A stretch of DNA of 64,000 bases, taken from a virus (Duplodnaviria; Caudoviricetes). How positions within the stretch are numbered: position 1 is the first letter of the stretch; every line of letters begins with the position of its first letter. The notes below the pieces were generated by a model. The model was not told where the DNA came from and ran no database searches. It saw only the letters and a list, made by a program, of their open reading frames with translations. Of this stretch, positions 28,765 through 41,235 are shown in pieces. The position numbers were made by a program, and so were the translations under genes. The stretch is from IMG/VR virus record IMGVR_UViG_3300005077_000001, positions 1 to 64,000 of that record; one strand, 5' to 3'.

Positions 28765-31035
28765 TTATTCATACATATTCCAGTATGTATTAAAAGCTTG
28801 TGTAAAACTAAAGGAAGCCTCTATATACTTTCTAGCCTCTACTGACATCTCTTCTAAATCTTTATCATACATCTTTATCATGGCATCCTTTAAATTACTT
28901 TTATTCATATCATAAATTATTATTCCTGTTTTGCCATTAATAATGTTTTCGTGCGGACCTCCGATATTTGAAACCACACAGGGTACTCCTGATGATAATG
29001 CTTCCAGAATAACTCTACCATGAGTATCGCGTTCAGAGCTAAAAACAAATACATCAGCAGAAGCAAACATCATAGCTAAATCTTCTCCTTCCAAAATGTC
29101 TGTAAATATAACAGGTAGTTCCTTAGATAAAGCCCGAAGATCTTCTAAATAATCTCCATTACCTACTATAATTAGAGTATGCCCTGAAGGTAACTCATCT
29201 AATAATTCTTTATAAGCATCTATGGTTACTTTTAAATTTTTTTCTTTAGAAACTCTACCTACATATAAAAAGACTTTATCAGATTCGGATACTCCGTATA
29301 CTTCCTTTAACCATTTGCGATTTCTCTTTCCAGGATGAAAACGAACCGTATCTACTCCACGAGGATAAACTTTAATTTTATTTGAATCTATATGATGTTC
29401 TATTAGTTCTTGTTTAGTATGTTCTGAAGGAACAAATATAATACTAGCTTGGTCGTAAAACCACGTAATATAATACCAAGCTAACTCTTCCAACACCCCT
29501 TCTTCAGTTACTTCTCCTATAAATTGTGGTATTTGAGTATGATAAGTAGAGTGTAAAGGTAATCCTAAAGTATGAGCAACAAGCATTGCAAGTAACCCCA
29601 TAGGTCCTGGAGTAGCTGTTTGAATATGGGTAAATTGTTCATTATAACAATAATCTATTATTTTCAATATTGGTGGCCAACATAAGGGTTGGTCACTATA
29701 TTCAGGTGCTGTAAACATTCCTACTGGCTCAAAATATTTTACTCCGGGGGTATTACTCAAATGTTTTCCAGTACAAGTTACTATTGTATAATCTTTCCCT
29801 GAACGGTGAGCTTCAACAACTTGTTCCTCTAATGTTTTGGATACACCGTCTACTTTACCAAAATTATCAGTAAATTTAGCTATCCGAATTGGTGTTAAAT
29901 TATCTGGCACATATTTTTTTAATATTTGGCGACTTAACTTTCGTTGGGCTCCGAATATAGAAAATCCTACTAAATAAGGCGTGAGTATTACATATAGAAA
30001 AAAAGATATTCCTATATTTTTGAATACCTCCACCATTCTATGATTCATTGCATCGGTTATTATTGTGTTTCCCAAATGAACTAGATATTTATTAGTAGCT
30101 TCTTCTAACAATTTAAAAAATCGTTCTGCTGGAGTATAACAACCACTTATTTCAGAATCCAAGTCTTGTATTTTAGAACTTAAATACTTAAAAAATAAAT
30201 TCTTACTCCAAAATTTCGGGTGTCCCTTTTTAAACCACCCCTTCATTCCTCTATCTTTATTACTTGTGATTGCAGGTAACAAATAAGATTCTAGAACCTT
30301 AGGATAGTTCTCTATTTTACCTGAGTTCTGTAACCACTGCAGAGCAATACTATAAATATGACGAGCTAATGTATGAGGAGTAGATCCTTTACAAGATATA
30401 CTATTATTTCCTTTTTTCAATTGTACAAAAAAATCATCTATATTAGTAGCGTCAGTTATTGTATGCCCACGCCCTAAAGTCAACCCAGAGTGATCGTCTG
30501 ATCCTGCCGTTAATATATAATTGTCTTTTGCTTTTGCTAGTATAACCTCTAAATACTGATTACTAAACGCATCTTTAGCTGAATTCATTTCAAAAGTATC
30601 AAATAACTGAATTACCTCTTGAAAATTATTTATAGTTAATTTACCGTTTATACTAAATAAAGGATGAGCTAAACCATGAGCAATATTATTCTGTTTTAAA
30701 TAAGATATAAATTCATAAATATTTTCTCTTATTTTTGAAATTTGATTATGTTGTTCTTCTGTAATGTTCCAACACAACACGTGGAATTTACATTTATCTG
30801 GTAAGTATGTAGTGTATTCACAACTAATAAACACATCTTTAAATTGTTGTTTTAATTCTAAGCAACCAGTGATTGTATTATGGTCTGTAATTGTTACTGC
30901 ATCCATTCCAGCATTCTTTAATATTTTGTATAAATTAATTGGACTAGTATAAGATTCAGCAGTTCCTATTTTTTTTAATATCCAGTCTGAGGGTCTAGAG
31001 CTATAACAAGAGTGACAATGTAAATCTATTTTCAT
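28765..31035 (-). CDS. PHP-domain / GT4 glycosyltransferase fusion
   Basis: DLHCHS, ITDHN, AHP, GSDDH (PHP); YVGRVSKEKN and GRVILEALSSGVPCV (GT-B, GT4). Confidence 0.92.
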   Translation of the reverse strand: MKIDLHCHSCYSSRPSDWILKKIGTAESYTSPINLYKILKNAGMDAVTITDHNTITGCLELKQQFKDVFISCEYTTYLPDKCKFHVLCWNITEEQHNQISKIRENIYEFISYLKQNNIAHGLAHPLFSINGKLTINNFQEVIQLFDTFEMNSAKDAFSNQYLEVILAKAKDNYILTAGSDDHSGLTLGRGHTITDATNIDDFFVQLKKGNNSISCKGSTPHTLARHIYSIALQWLQNSGKIENYPKVLESYLLPAITSNKDRGMKGWFKKGHPKFWSKNLFFKYLSSKIQDLDSEISGCYTPAERFFKLLEEATNKYLVHLGNTIITDAMNHRMVEVFKNIGISFFLYVILTPYLVGFSIFGAQRKLSRQILKKYVPDNLTPIRIAKFTDNFGKVDGVSKTLEEQVVEAHRSGKDYTIVTCTGKHLSNTPGVKYFEPVGMFTAPEYSDQPLCWPPILKIIDYCYNEQFTHIQTATPGPMGLLAMLVAHTLGLPLHSTYHTQIPQFIGEVTEEGVLEELAWYYITWFYDQASIIFVPSEHTKQELIEHHIDSNKIKVYPRGVDTVRFHPGKRNRKWLKEVYGVSESDKVFLYVGRVSKEKNLKVTIDAYKELLDELPSGHTLIIVGNGDYLEDLRALSKELPVIFTDILEGEDLAMMFASADVFVFSSERDTHGRVILEALSSGVPCVVSNIGGPHENIINGKTGIIIYDMNKSNLKDAMIKMYDKDLEEMSVEARKYIEASFSFTQAFNTYWNMYE

Positions 31036-31267
31036 ACGTTATTCTCCTTTAGTGTTTTTACTAAAGGACAACTAAGAACACATTGAGTTGGCTGTTCTTT
31101 TTTTATAAACTCTTCATACACTGATTTTATTATCCTACCTATGCACAAACCTACCTCTATTCCTACTATTAATTGCTGCATTATATCCTCCTATAAAAAA
31201 GTTATTTAATTGAACAATTATTGGTGAGTTATTTTTGTGGGAGATTATACCATAATAATAAAGAAAG

Positions 31268-31684
31268 TTAAAAACATTGGTCATATACGTACCATATTGT
31301 AGCAGATAAAGCAAGAAAGATTAAGCCTCCAATTCCTACGTAACTACCTATGTTTAGCATATTTATAGTAAATACCCCCAAAATTACAATTGCTGTTAGA
31401 GTTACGAATATAGCTATACTTATCCCTATTACTTCAAAAAATATACACATTTGCTTACACCATCGTTTATATTTATTTGAATAGTGCCTATTATCTAATG
31501 CCATTACATAAGCGACCAAAAAAGTAATGAAAAGAATAGTTCCGACTACGTAAGAGATTGTGTTTTCAAAAGGTAGAACAACTAGAATAGATAATGCAGC
31601 TGCTTCCACAAGATACGCAACAGATAGTATAATCCAAGCCCAAAGAGTTCCTGCAGTTTTTAGAATACATAGTAATTTATTCAT
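31268..31684 (-). CDS. Four-TM membrane protein, paralog A
   Basis: Hydrophobic segments; MNKLLCILKT...ALDNRHYSNKY. Confidence 0.7.
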   Translation of the reverse strand: MNKLLCILKTAGTLWAWIILSVAYLVEAAALSILVVLPFENTISYVVGTILFITFLVAYVMALDNRHYSNKYKRWCKQMCIFFEVIGISIAIFVTLTAIVILGVFTINMLNIGSYVGIGGLIFLALSATIWYVYDQCF

Positions 31685-32102
31685 AACATTCATCCAGCGC
31701 ATAAAATAATGAGCCTATTAAAAAAACACCAATACAAATACTAATTTGAATCCAAAGAGATATTAGTGGATAGGTATGGCCTGTAATTGCAAGAAGAGTA
31801 TTAATCAGGAGTAAAGCAAATAATATAATCCAACCTATTGTAATTTTAGGTAATGCTGCATTAATCCACGCTGAATATTTATCAGAATAACGTCTATTAT
31901 CTACTGCGTCTACAAAAAGTATAATGCTTGTGTACATAAAATAAAATGCCAGTGATAAACCTGTACCTGGATACCCTTTAAACTCCAATAAATCCCCAAT
32001 ACCAAAAGTAATGATACATATTTCAACAAAATAAGCAATGCTTAACAATCCCCACGCCCACACGTTTCCCATTGTTTTTAGAACACATAATGGTTTATTC
32101 AT
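31677..32102 (-). CDS. Four-TM membrane protein, paralog B
   Basis: MNKPLCVLKT...AVDNRRYSDKY. Confidence 0.7.
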   Translation of the reverse strand: MNKPLCVLKTMGNVWAWGLLSIAYFVEICIITFGIGDLLEFKGYPGTGLSLAFYFMYTSIILFVDAVDNRRYSDKYSAWINAALPKITIGWIILFALLLINTLLAITGHTYPLISLWIQISICIGVFLIGSLFYALDECYE

Positions 32103-33233
32103 TTAAATCTCCTTGTATTTGTTCCACTAAACTTCTTAATTCTTTTGCCAATCTAGCTGAGTCATAAGAATTAGCATTTGGTATTTCGGCTAATTTCTTT
32201 AATATTGCTTTTTTAATTTTAGAATCTTTAATTATTTCTTCTCTATTTATATCTAGTTCCATTAGTTTTGTTAAATATGAACTAAAAAGCTCTGTTCTAT
32301 CCCCTACTAAAGAATGTGCCAAAGTAAGCATCCCTGCAACTATTTTATCTACTTGATAATCATTCATCTGTATTTAATCCTATAATCTCTCGTGCATCAT
32401 TATAACAGTCTTTCATTATCCATGTAGGAGAATTACAAACCCCTCTATCGTCATAAGTATCATAAATTTTTAAAGCCATTTGAACGGCAGAATACTCCCG
32501 TATAGCAGATACTACCATTTTCATTACGTTGTCATTCATCCTAATTCCTCCATCAGTGCATTTAGTTTCATATCTTTTTCTTTTTGTCTTCGTTCTTTTA
32601 TTTTTTGTTTATTGTTCTCGTATTGGTCGTATAAGAAATGTGCTAAGTCTCCTAAATTTTCAGTTTCAAAACTGTGTAATAAATAATCTATTTGTTTATC
32701 TCCATATTTAGGAACATCTATTATATCTATTTTCTGATATTCTTCCCCGTCCCTAAACCAAATATCCGTTATTTCTATTTTTATATTATTTATATATGTG
32801 AAAAAAGTTGTTTGTACCGGATTTTTATAACCAAGAGCGTAATGCGTGGTTGTAGATTTATCTTGAGGATAGTAGTATACTTCCTCATCATTTTTGTACA
32901 CCCACACTGTCTTCTTGCTAAAAGATAAATCCCTAAGCTTATCTTCAAATTCTTTTTGGTTAAATTCCACTTTTTTTGTTCCTTTTATGAATCTTTTTTT
33001 AATTAAATGCATCTAGTGTTATAGGAGGATAATACAATGGAAACTAAAAAACAAGAAGAAATAAGAGAGATATTATTACGTGAGTTTACACGTCATATGT
33101 ATCCAGACTGTAAAGAAGTAGATGACTGTGATTGTTCCACTAGAGATTGGTCTGAATTAAAGTCTGAGTGTTTTTGTACAGAGTGCTATACAGGATAAGT
33201 TAAGGGGGAGTTAACTGCTCCCTCTTTTCTTTT

Positions 33234-33809
33234 CTATCCTAAAATTTCCCCTTCTTCCGTAGTGATAGATATTTCTTCCCATCCAAATACTCCTATTTTT
33301 TGTTGTTTTATTAATGTAGGGTCATCTATGGGCTCAAAATCTTTCTTTACATATAAAACTATGTCATCCACATCTAAAGCCTCTTTAAACATATTAATTG
33401 CTTGTCTTTCCTGTTCAATAATACCTTTTACAATAAATCTTATCCCTTTCTCTATATTCTCTGGAGTCACTTCACCAAGTTTCCATCTAGTTTCTACTGC
33501 TAAGGGGGTATATCTTAAATTCCCATCTTCTATAGCTAGGAAATAATCATTCCAATTGCCTAGTCCCATAAAAAAAGGAGTGTTTGGTTTTACCTTTATC
33601 GTTTCTCTAGGTTTAAGCTTAATTACTTTTATTGATTTTCTTATTTCTGAATTATCTATTGCTTCAATGATTGGCTTTGTCATAGAAACAGCCAAAGCTT
33701 TGTAGTTAGCTATAAACTCTTTTCTATAGTCTTCTGACCAAGGACTATCATGATTTAGTTCGTTAAATATTTTCAATAATTCTACTTTTCGTTCATAAGG
33801 TATTCCCAT
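33234..33809 (-). CDS. Hypothetical protein, possibly a capsid-fold fragment
   Basis: ALAVSMTKPI...IRKSIKVIKL segment reminiscent of large-phage capsid N-arm (weak). Confidence 0.5.
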   Translation of the reverse strand: MGIPYERKVELLKIFNELNHDSPWSEDYRKEFIANYKALAVSMTKPIIEAIDNSEIRKSIKVIKLKPRETIKVKPNTPFFMGLGNWNDYFLAIEDGNLRYTPLAVETRWKLGEVTPENIEKGIRFIVKGIIEQERQAINMFKEALDVDDIVLYVKKDFEPIDDPTLIKQQKIGVFGWEEISITTEEGEILG

Positions 33810-35967
33810 CCTCTATTCCTCCCAGTTCTACATTGTTATAACCTACAGTTATCTTAGATAATTCCTCTGGATTAAGTTCACTTTTTTTTCTCCACACGCA
33901 TTTATTAAACCAACTTATTCTAGTTGCGTACATAAGTAATCCAAAAATAAGGATTCCTGGACCAAGTAATATACATAAAAATGCTGCTACTAATTCTCCC
34001 CTTGTAATACAACCTACTGTATGATATACTTCTCTACATACTAAATAACTTCCTAAAATTCCTGATAAAACATATAAAATTATAAAAAATGAAACCATCA
34101 CTTTATTTCCTTTCAATTCTCTTTAGTTTCCAGTATAATCTATCATATAATTTATATTTATTTTTAATTTCCCAAATATCATATACATTGCAATAGCATT
34201 TTGGACAATACTTAGATGTATGGTCAACAGAGTTTGGTCCAAAGCCATGCTGTATCATATCATAAACATCTATTACTTTATCTGCGTCAATTAGTGTTTC
34301 ACATTCAGGGCATAGGTAAGGTACCATTACGGTTTTAACTCCTTTTCAAATTCTTCCCAAGATGTAACCTTCTCTGGATTTTTTAAACACTCATTTCTTC
34401 TTCTAATTGCTTCTTCTACTGCAATAATATCTTCATTGGTTCCTAGGAACTGTTCCCAAGTAGATTCTACGAGTTCTGTAATTTCAAATCCACCTTCTTC
34501 TAAATACACTTTAGCCCAGTGTAGTAATTCTTCTTTATCAAATTCTGGAGATTCTATGATTATTTCTACTATATCTCGCCTTATTAAATACCCTTTTTTA
34601 ATAAACTCTTTGTATTCATCTTCTTCAAACCAAGTTTCCTCTTCGTAGTCAGTATCTTTTTCGTGGTACCCGTCTACAGTTAACCATAATGAGTAATCAG
34701 GGGTATGCCCATCAACTTCAGGCATTAAATAAATATCTTCCCAAGTTTTCTTTTGTTTTGGGTCAGCCCATTCGTGGGGTATATAATATAACCACTTCAT
34801 TTTATTTGTCCTGTGCATTTAAAATAAAACCATAATATCCCCATAGCTAACAAAATAATAGGCCATAGTAGAATTAAAATAACCCATCTAGATAAAGATG
34901 TATTTTTATTTTCTCTTAAAGAACTAACAACAATATACCCAAACAAAATATAAATTATTGCGTAATTAACCATTTTAACTTATCCTTTCTGGGCACTTCA
35001 TATTCATAAAATCTTCTTTTAGTGCAGTAGACTTAGATATCTTTTTTTGTAATCTTTGTTCTTTGATTGTGTCATATAATTCTTTTACTAATTTATTTTT
35101 ACTCCATTTATACTCTTTCCTATTCCAGTTATCAAATATGAGTTCATAACTAAGAGTATGTTCATATATTTGACAATCTTCATAAGAGTAATATGGTTTT
35201 CCTTGACGATACCCATCTCCATAAAACCACATCCCATTTTCACGAGACCATGTTATTTTATTGCATTTAGTTAATTCTATGAGCTTGTTTATGAAGGCAT
35301 CATCTATAATAACGAAGGTCATACTTTCCCCCTTTTTTATATATAATCATAAGGGCTTAAATTCTCAAGATAAGTATACCTTTCGGTTTCTGCAATTATT
35401 TCTTCCATCACTTTTCTATCCTTATTTTTCCAATCAAAAGCATTTTCTTTAGCCCGGTCAGTGAACGTATCAAATAATTTTTGTTCTTCTGGATTTACAA
35501 TTTCTATAGGGGCGCAAGCATCGCCACAATATTTGTGGTCTAAAAATAAATAATATTTTCCTTTTTCATCATCTTTACTAAACGTTATTTCATGCTCTAA
35601 AAACCAAGCATAAATAATAGGACTCTTTTTATGAAAAGTGTGTTTATACACCATTAATCGCCCGTCCTTGAGTAAGTGGAGCATTGTTTTTAAAAATAGT
35701 AGTTGCATTATATCCCCTCTCCTTGTATGATGCTATCTTTATATTTTTTAGTAGATTCATACATTCTTTTAAGATTATAAGTTTGATTATTATCACTCTG
35801 TTTTAATCCCGCTTCTGAAAAAGCATTTAAAAATTGCAGCATACCAAGCATTATACTTTCTACATCCCAATTTTCTTTTCCATATGTTTTGACACCAGAT
35901 TTATATAAAAGTAATAAATCAAAATAATCATTCCATAATAAATCAATTGTTTCTTGTAATTTCTCCA

Positions 35968-36180
35968 TCATTTTATTATCCCTAAACAATCATTTGCAAA
36001 TGGGCAATATTCTGCACAACCTGTGTCAAGTTTTGGATTCCTGAATGTTTTTCCACAATTTTTACAAGTTCTACGGGGTTCATCTTTAAAGAATTCTTGC
36101 TTATTACCACAAAACGGGCACTGTACTTCATAAATATCTTCTGGGCCCCAAAACCTTGTATCTTGACCTGGGCATCTCAT
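35968..36180 (-). CDS. Cys-rich metal-binding domain protein
   Basis: MRCPGQD..FW..EDIYEV.CP.CG...EFFKDE..R.C..CG...RNPKLD.GCAEYC.FA..C. Confidence 0.8.
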   Translation of the reverse strand: MRCPGQDTRFWGPEDIYEVQCPFCGNKQEFFKDEPRRTCKNCGKTFRNPKLDTGCAEYCPFANDCLGIIK

Positions 36181-36182
36181 TT

Positions 36183-36698
36183 TTAATCTCCTACATATAG
36201 ACTTAAAAGTCCTTTTGTTTCTTCCACTACTGATTCATATTCTTTTTCTATTTCAACTAAATTTAAAACTTTTTTTAATTCATAAAGTAAAGAATCTACT
36301 TCGTTATTAAATAAACTATTTCCTACATCTTTTAAACCTTGCTGACGTAATAAAGTGTGCGATAAATAAGAACACAATCTTTCTTCAATATCATCTTCAT
36401 AAATTTCCAAGCAAGCTTCGTACAAAAAACGAGTATCCGTATTTCTATATATACTTCTACATACATTTTCCATTTCATATTTATTATAGTTTTTTAAACA
36501 TAAATGAGTTAGCTCATGTATCAAAGAATTCATGTTTTCTTCTTGTTCTCTATCCTTAATAGCTATTTTTTTAGTTGGATAGTGAATATATGCTAAACAA
36601 TCGTTTAAATCATTGTCTTTTTTAAACAAAGTAATACTACAAGCGGGTAAGGTTTTTTCTTTATACACACAAACCTTATAATGCCGATTATCCTTCAT
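36183..36698 (-). CDS. Hypothetical protein with an HExxH motif
   Basis: LIHELTHL. Confidence 0.6.
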   Translation of the reverse strand: MKDNRHYKVCVYKEKTLPACSITLFKKDNDLNDCLAYIHYPTKKIAIKDREQEENMNSLIHELTHLCLKNYNKYEMENVCRSIYRNTDTRFLYEACLEIYEDDIEERLCSYLSHTLLRQQGLKDVGNSLFNNEVDSLLYELKKVLNLVEIEKEYESVVEETKGLLSLYVGD

Positions 36699-38948
36699 TA
36701 CGCATCTTTATCTTTTTTATTTTTTGGTTTATATACTTTACAAGAGCACGCAGGTCCCAAAATAGCAATTATTTTATCCCCATTCATTGTTGCTAGCCCA
36801 AACATTATTCCTTCTTTAGTTTGTGAATCAGACATAAATACAGACCCTGGTTTTAATAAAACAACACGGTGGGCTTTCATCAATAAGTCTAGTTTTTCTG
36901 TATCTTGATTAAGAATAATAGATATTACATCTGGAATAATACCAAAATCTAATATTCCAAAATAACCAATATCTGATACTTCATAGAGTTGAGGAAAAGC
37001 ATTTGATTCTACTGGTATTAAAAATAAAAAGATACTAATTAGGGTTATACTAAAATATTTTATAATTTTTTTCATTTTTTCTCCCTATTTTTTACATTTT
37101 TTTACTAAAATTTGCATTTTTTTATCATATTTTTCTAAAATTTCACAAAAATATCCTAAATTTTTACATAATTTTGCAATATTATTGAAATTTTTAATAG
37201 AAATTAGTAAATATATTGAAGAATTTGGATATATTTTCAATAATTTAGATAAATTACTACATTCTTTTTCACATATTTTTTTATCATCATACTCTATAAA
37301 AAACCACATTTTAGTCTCTATTAAATTATTCTTTACTTTGTTCAATGCAAGTCAACAGGAAAAAAATATGAAAAGTAGTAGCACTGGCCCCCAAGTCATT
37401 GCTTCAAAGAATCCCATGTTATACTTATATTTAATCGCTTCATATATTGCCCACCCAAATGAGACTAAAAAATAAATTCCTATTAAAGCTAAAAAATAAA
37501 TTAGGAATTCCATTTACCAGTCCTCATATCTAACTTGTTTTACTTCTTCTCCACAAAATGTTCTTATAATATTACCTTCCTTATCTATACTAAATTGTAG
37601 GTGTGTTAAGTATTGGTTAAATCCAATACGCCTTAACCACTCATAATCTTTGAAAACTTCTACTACCTTAGTTGTGCTTTTGTTAATAGGTTCGGGCTGA
37701 GGCGTGATAGGTTCAAATTTTCTAAATAATATACTCCTATTATAATTTATCTGTTTATTAATATTTTCTAAGACTTGTCTCTTTTTGAATATCCTATCTT
37801 TTATAAATTTGATAAACGAATCACCATAATTCATGCTGTCTTCCTTTTGTATAGCTTATAGTTCTTTTTTAATCTTCGGTAGAATCGTTTAAAAGTTTCT
37901 GTTGAATTTTCTACATCATAAATAGATAGTTCCCCTTTTGCTAATTTACGTAGTTCCTTCGTAACTGTTTTTCTCATATGTAACTCCGTTTAAGATATTT
38001 TTGAATTTTGATAATCTTTTATTTATCCAAATTTCTAAATATTGAATAAAATCATCAATATCTATTATATCCTCTAACTCGTCAATATTAATTCTTTCAC
38101 TACATCTAAAATCATCATTTTTGTAACTAATAAACCAATGACCTACATCTTCGCAATATCCGAGGCTGCATATAGAATGAAACCATTCAGTTATTGCATG
38201 CTTATGCTCATAAATTAAATAATGCGGGCACATTGTGTGATTATCTTCTAGTCCGGCATTAATTATATCAAACCACAAACTACTCAAAGAATTCAAATAA
38301 TCCAATTGGTTCAATGACCGTTCCTTTTTCTTCATTTTGTTTCTGCAGTTTTTTAAGCTCATATTGATACTGTTTAGAAATGGTATCTGCTAATTTTATT
38401 CCATCTTCAGTTTTAAAAGTTTCCTTATAATGATTATATAATGATATTCTGGATTTGATGAATTCCTCAATTTCCCCCATATTCTTCCTCTTCTTTTTTT
38501 CTTTCTTCTTCCAATGTATTCTCTAATTGAACTATTTCTTCATAAAGTTTTTTATCGCCAAATTCTAATTCACATAATCTTTCATAAAAGGAATAGCAAA
38601 CTTCTTGTAAATCCCAAACATGGTCAAATTCGGCTTCTTGTATACCTTTTAACCAAGACCACCTTGTAATACTTCTGAATAGTTCTTGCTTATTCAAAAC
38701 AACTCCTTTTTAAATCCTTGGTTTGAACAATTAGATTAAATGGCTCATCTTCCTTTAAATGCTTCAAAGCATCATAAAAAGCTAAATAAAAGTTTTTAAA
38801 TAATTGTGGATTTGTATAAAGACTCCTATTTAAATATCTAGCTATTTCTTCTTGTGATATCCATCTTTCAGAATGTTCATTATCTGGTTCTCTTATATCT
38901 AATAAATTATAATACCAACTTGAGGTATTTGTTTGAATGATTTGTATT

Positions 38949-39326
38949 TCAACCATCTAAATCCATAACCTCCGTAACAACCCACTGTCCTTTTTCATTT
39001 TTAGTTTCTACTTTTGTTATATTAGTATTTTTTAATTCTTTGTCTATTTTTCGTTGTATTTCTGTCAAGTCCCCAGTTCGTCGGGCTATTTCAATACGAA
39101 GCCATTTTTGAAATTCTTTTGTTTTAGTCATTCGTGCAAAAGCTAATCGTTTATTATGTATTTGACTACGTTCGTCTTCTGCAAACCCCATTGCCCCTGA
39201 AGCTAAATGACGGCAACGTACAGCATTACTAGTTTTATTACGTTTTTGGCCACCTTTTCCAGAACCACGAACATAGTCCCATTCAAAGTCCTTAGCTGTC
39301 AACGAAAACAAGAGTTGCTTAGTCAA
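38949..39326 (-). CDS. Peptide chain release factor-like (RF-1 domain, ArfB-like) protein
   Basis: RGSGKGGQKRNKTSNAVRCRH..SG...AEDERSQ..NK..AF. Confidence 0.92.
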   Translation of the reverse strand: MTKQLLFSLTAKDFEWDYVRGSGKGGQKRNKTSNAVRCRHLASGAMGFAEDERSQIHNKRLAFARMTKTKEFQKWLRIEIARRTGDLTEIQRKIDKELKNTNITKVETKNEKGQWVVTEVMDLDG

Positions 39327-40293
39327 TAGTTCTACCTGGGATAGTACCCCATACCTTAGGCAATGCTAAAGAGTTTATTTCTCTTAGACATTTTAGCAAG
39401 GTATATATATGGTCATAGTCCCTGAGGTCTGGTATTCTATCAATAGATTGAGCTAAATCTTTTTCAATTATCTTTCTATACTTATCCCAATCCATTTTTT
39501 TCTTTCCTTTCTTCATCTCTTAGTAACGCTTGTGCTTTACGTTCTAAAAATCTATAGTATTCCCCAAATTGTGGGCGAGCTTCCTCAATAATTTCTCGTA
39601 ATCGTTGTGACACTGGTGGAATTATAGGTAACTCTTTCTTTTCTTTTGTTTCTTGATATACTTTTAATGCAATAGTTTCGGCTTCTTTTTGGTTAATTGC
39701 TTCAACTGCTATTGTATACAAAGCTTTAATTTTATTTAACTTATTGTCGCTCCATTGAATAATAACTTCATTTAAAGGCTGATTCATGTAAGTAGAATCA
39801 ATACTAGTTTGTTCTGTTAAAGGGTCTATTCTAAATAAAAATTTAGAAGGTTCAGGAATCGGTCGTAATGATTCTAAATAATTATCAACTTCTGTTTTAT
39901 TTTTTGGATTAAGTATAACTTCTCTTATTTTATTATTATATCCACATCCTAACCCGTTTTGTACTATAGTGGTAAAATATTCATTTACATATTTTTCAGC
40001 ATCTTCTCTTGTGCTAAAAGCACACAACGGATAATTTTCTACTTCATACCATGCGGGATTCCAATTGTGCTCATATACTATGTATATAACATTTATATCT
40101 GGCATGAAGTTCTTTTACTCCTTTCTTTGATTAACCACTTATTTGCTTCTTCAATTTTTTTATCCACGAATTTTTTATCATAGACAGCCCCGCAATTTAT
40201 ACACATATATTCAGTAAGATTTCGTATTACCATAGTTCCTGTACTACAAGCAGAACATACCCAGTTAAAATTGGTATAGTGCATTTTTTACCT

Positions 40294-40320
40294 CCTCTAT
40301 AATAATAAGTACTAAGGAAA
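40294..40320 (-). promoter_or_regulatory. Second-class promoter-like motif
   Basis: Reverse complement is identical over 27 nt to 48297-48323 (TTTCCTTAGTACTTATTATTATAGAGG). Confidence 0.7.
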
Positions 40321-41235
40321 AATATTTTATATAACTTTTATTGAAGTGTATTAAATCAAGATTAAGCATTTGCCCAAGGGTTTAATCTTTGAATAGCAAG
40401 TTCCTCAAGGGCATCGTATACTTTTTTATTTCTAATAATTAAAGCATGTTCGGTTGGTATTTCTTCATCGTAAGCAATCATGGTAGATTCATTAAACCAA
40501 TTACCTAAAGTCCCTATTATCATCATTAAACGTTCAACATCACTCAAAGCTTCGTAGTCTTTTAACATTTCTTTTATTCTATCGCTTCCCTCATCATAAG
40601 AGAAAGGCCCTTCACAATCTTCTTTATTTGAGCGTTTACAAATATCAAACATATAGCATTTTTCACAATCAGGCATTTCCTCTTCCTTTTTTCAGCATAT
40701 TTTTTATTGACCACAGCATTGTTTCTACTACTTTTCTTTCCATTGAAGTATAGTGGTGCCATTCTGTTCCAGGGATGTGCCAATGGTATCTTTTTAAACT
40801 ATCTTGTTTAATTAAATGTACTTGAACTCCTTCTATATTTAATTCATACATGGAAGATATAGGCTCAAAAACAACTGCTTCTTCTTCAAATACTGCATCA
40901 ATTAAATCAAACATTTCTTGGCTATAAGGGTATACTGTCTCTCTTTCCTTTTCCATTTTCATTCTCCGATTTCTGGATAGCATCTAAAATAGATGCATAG
41001 AATTTATAATAGAATTCTTTAGGTATTGTAGCATTATCTATAAAAACATCATTCATAAAAAACTCTGCTTTGTACTCACTTTTTAATTTATAAAATTTAA
41101 AAATACTTGAGTAATCAAAATCAACCCCATACCATTCTGGATTTTCTGGTATTCCCCCTTCATCTGCAATTAAATAAAACTTATTTGCATATTCCATTGT
41201 GTGCATGAGCATATTCACAAAATCTTGGTAAATCA

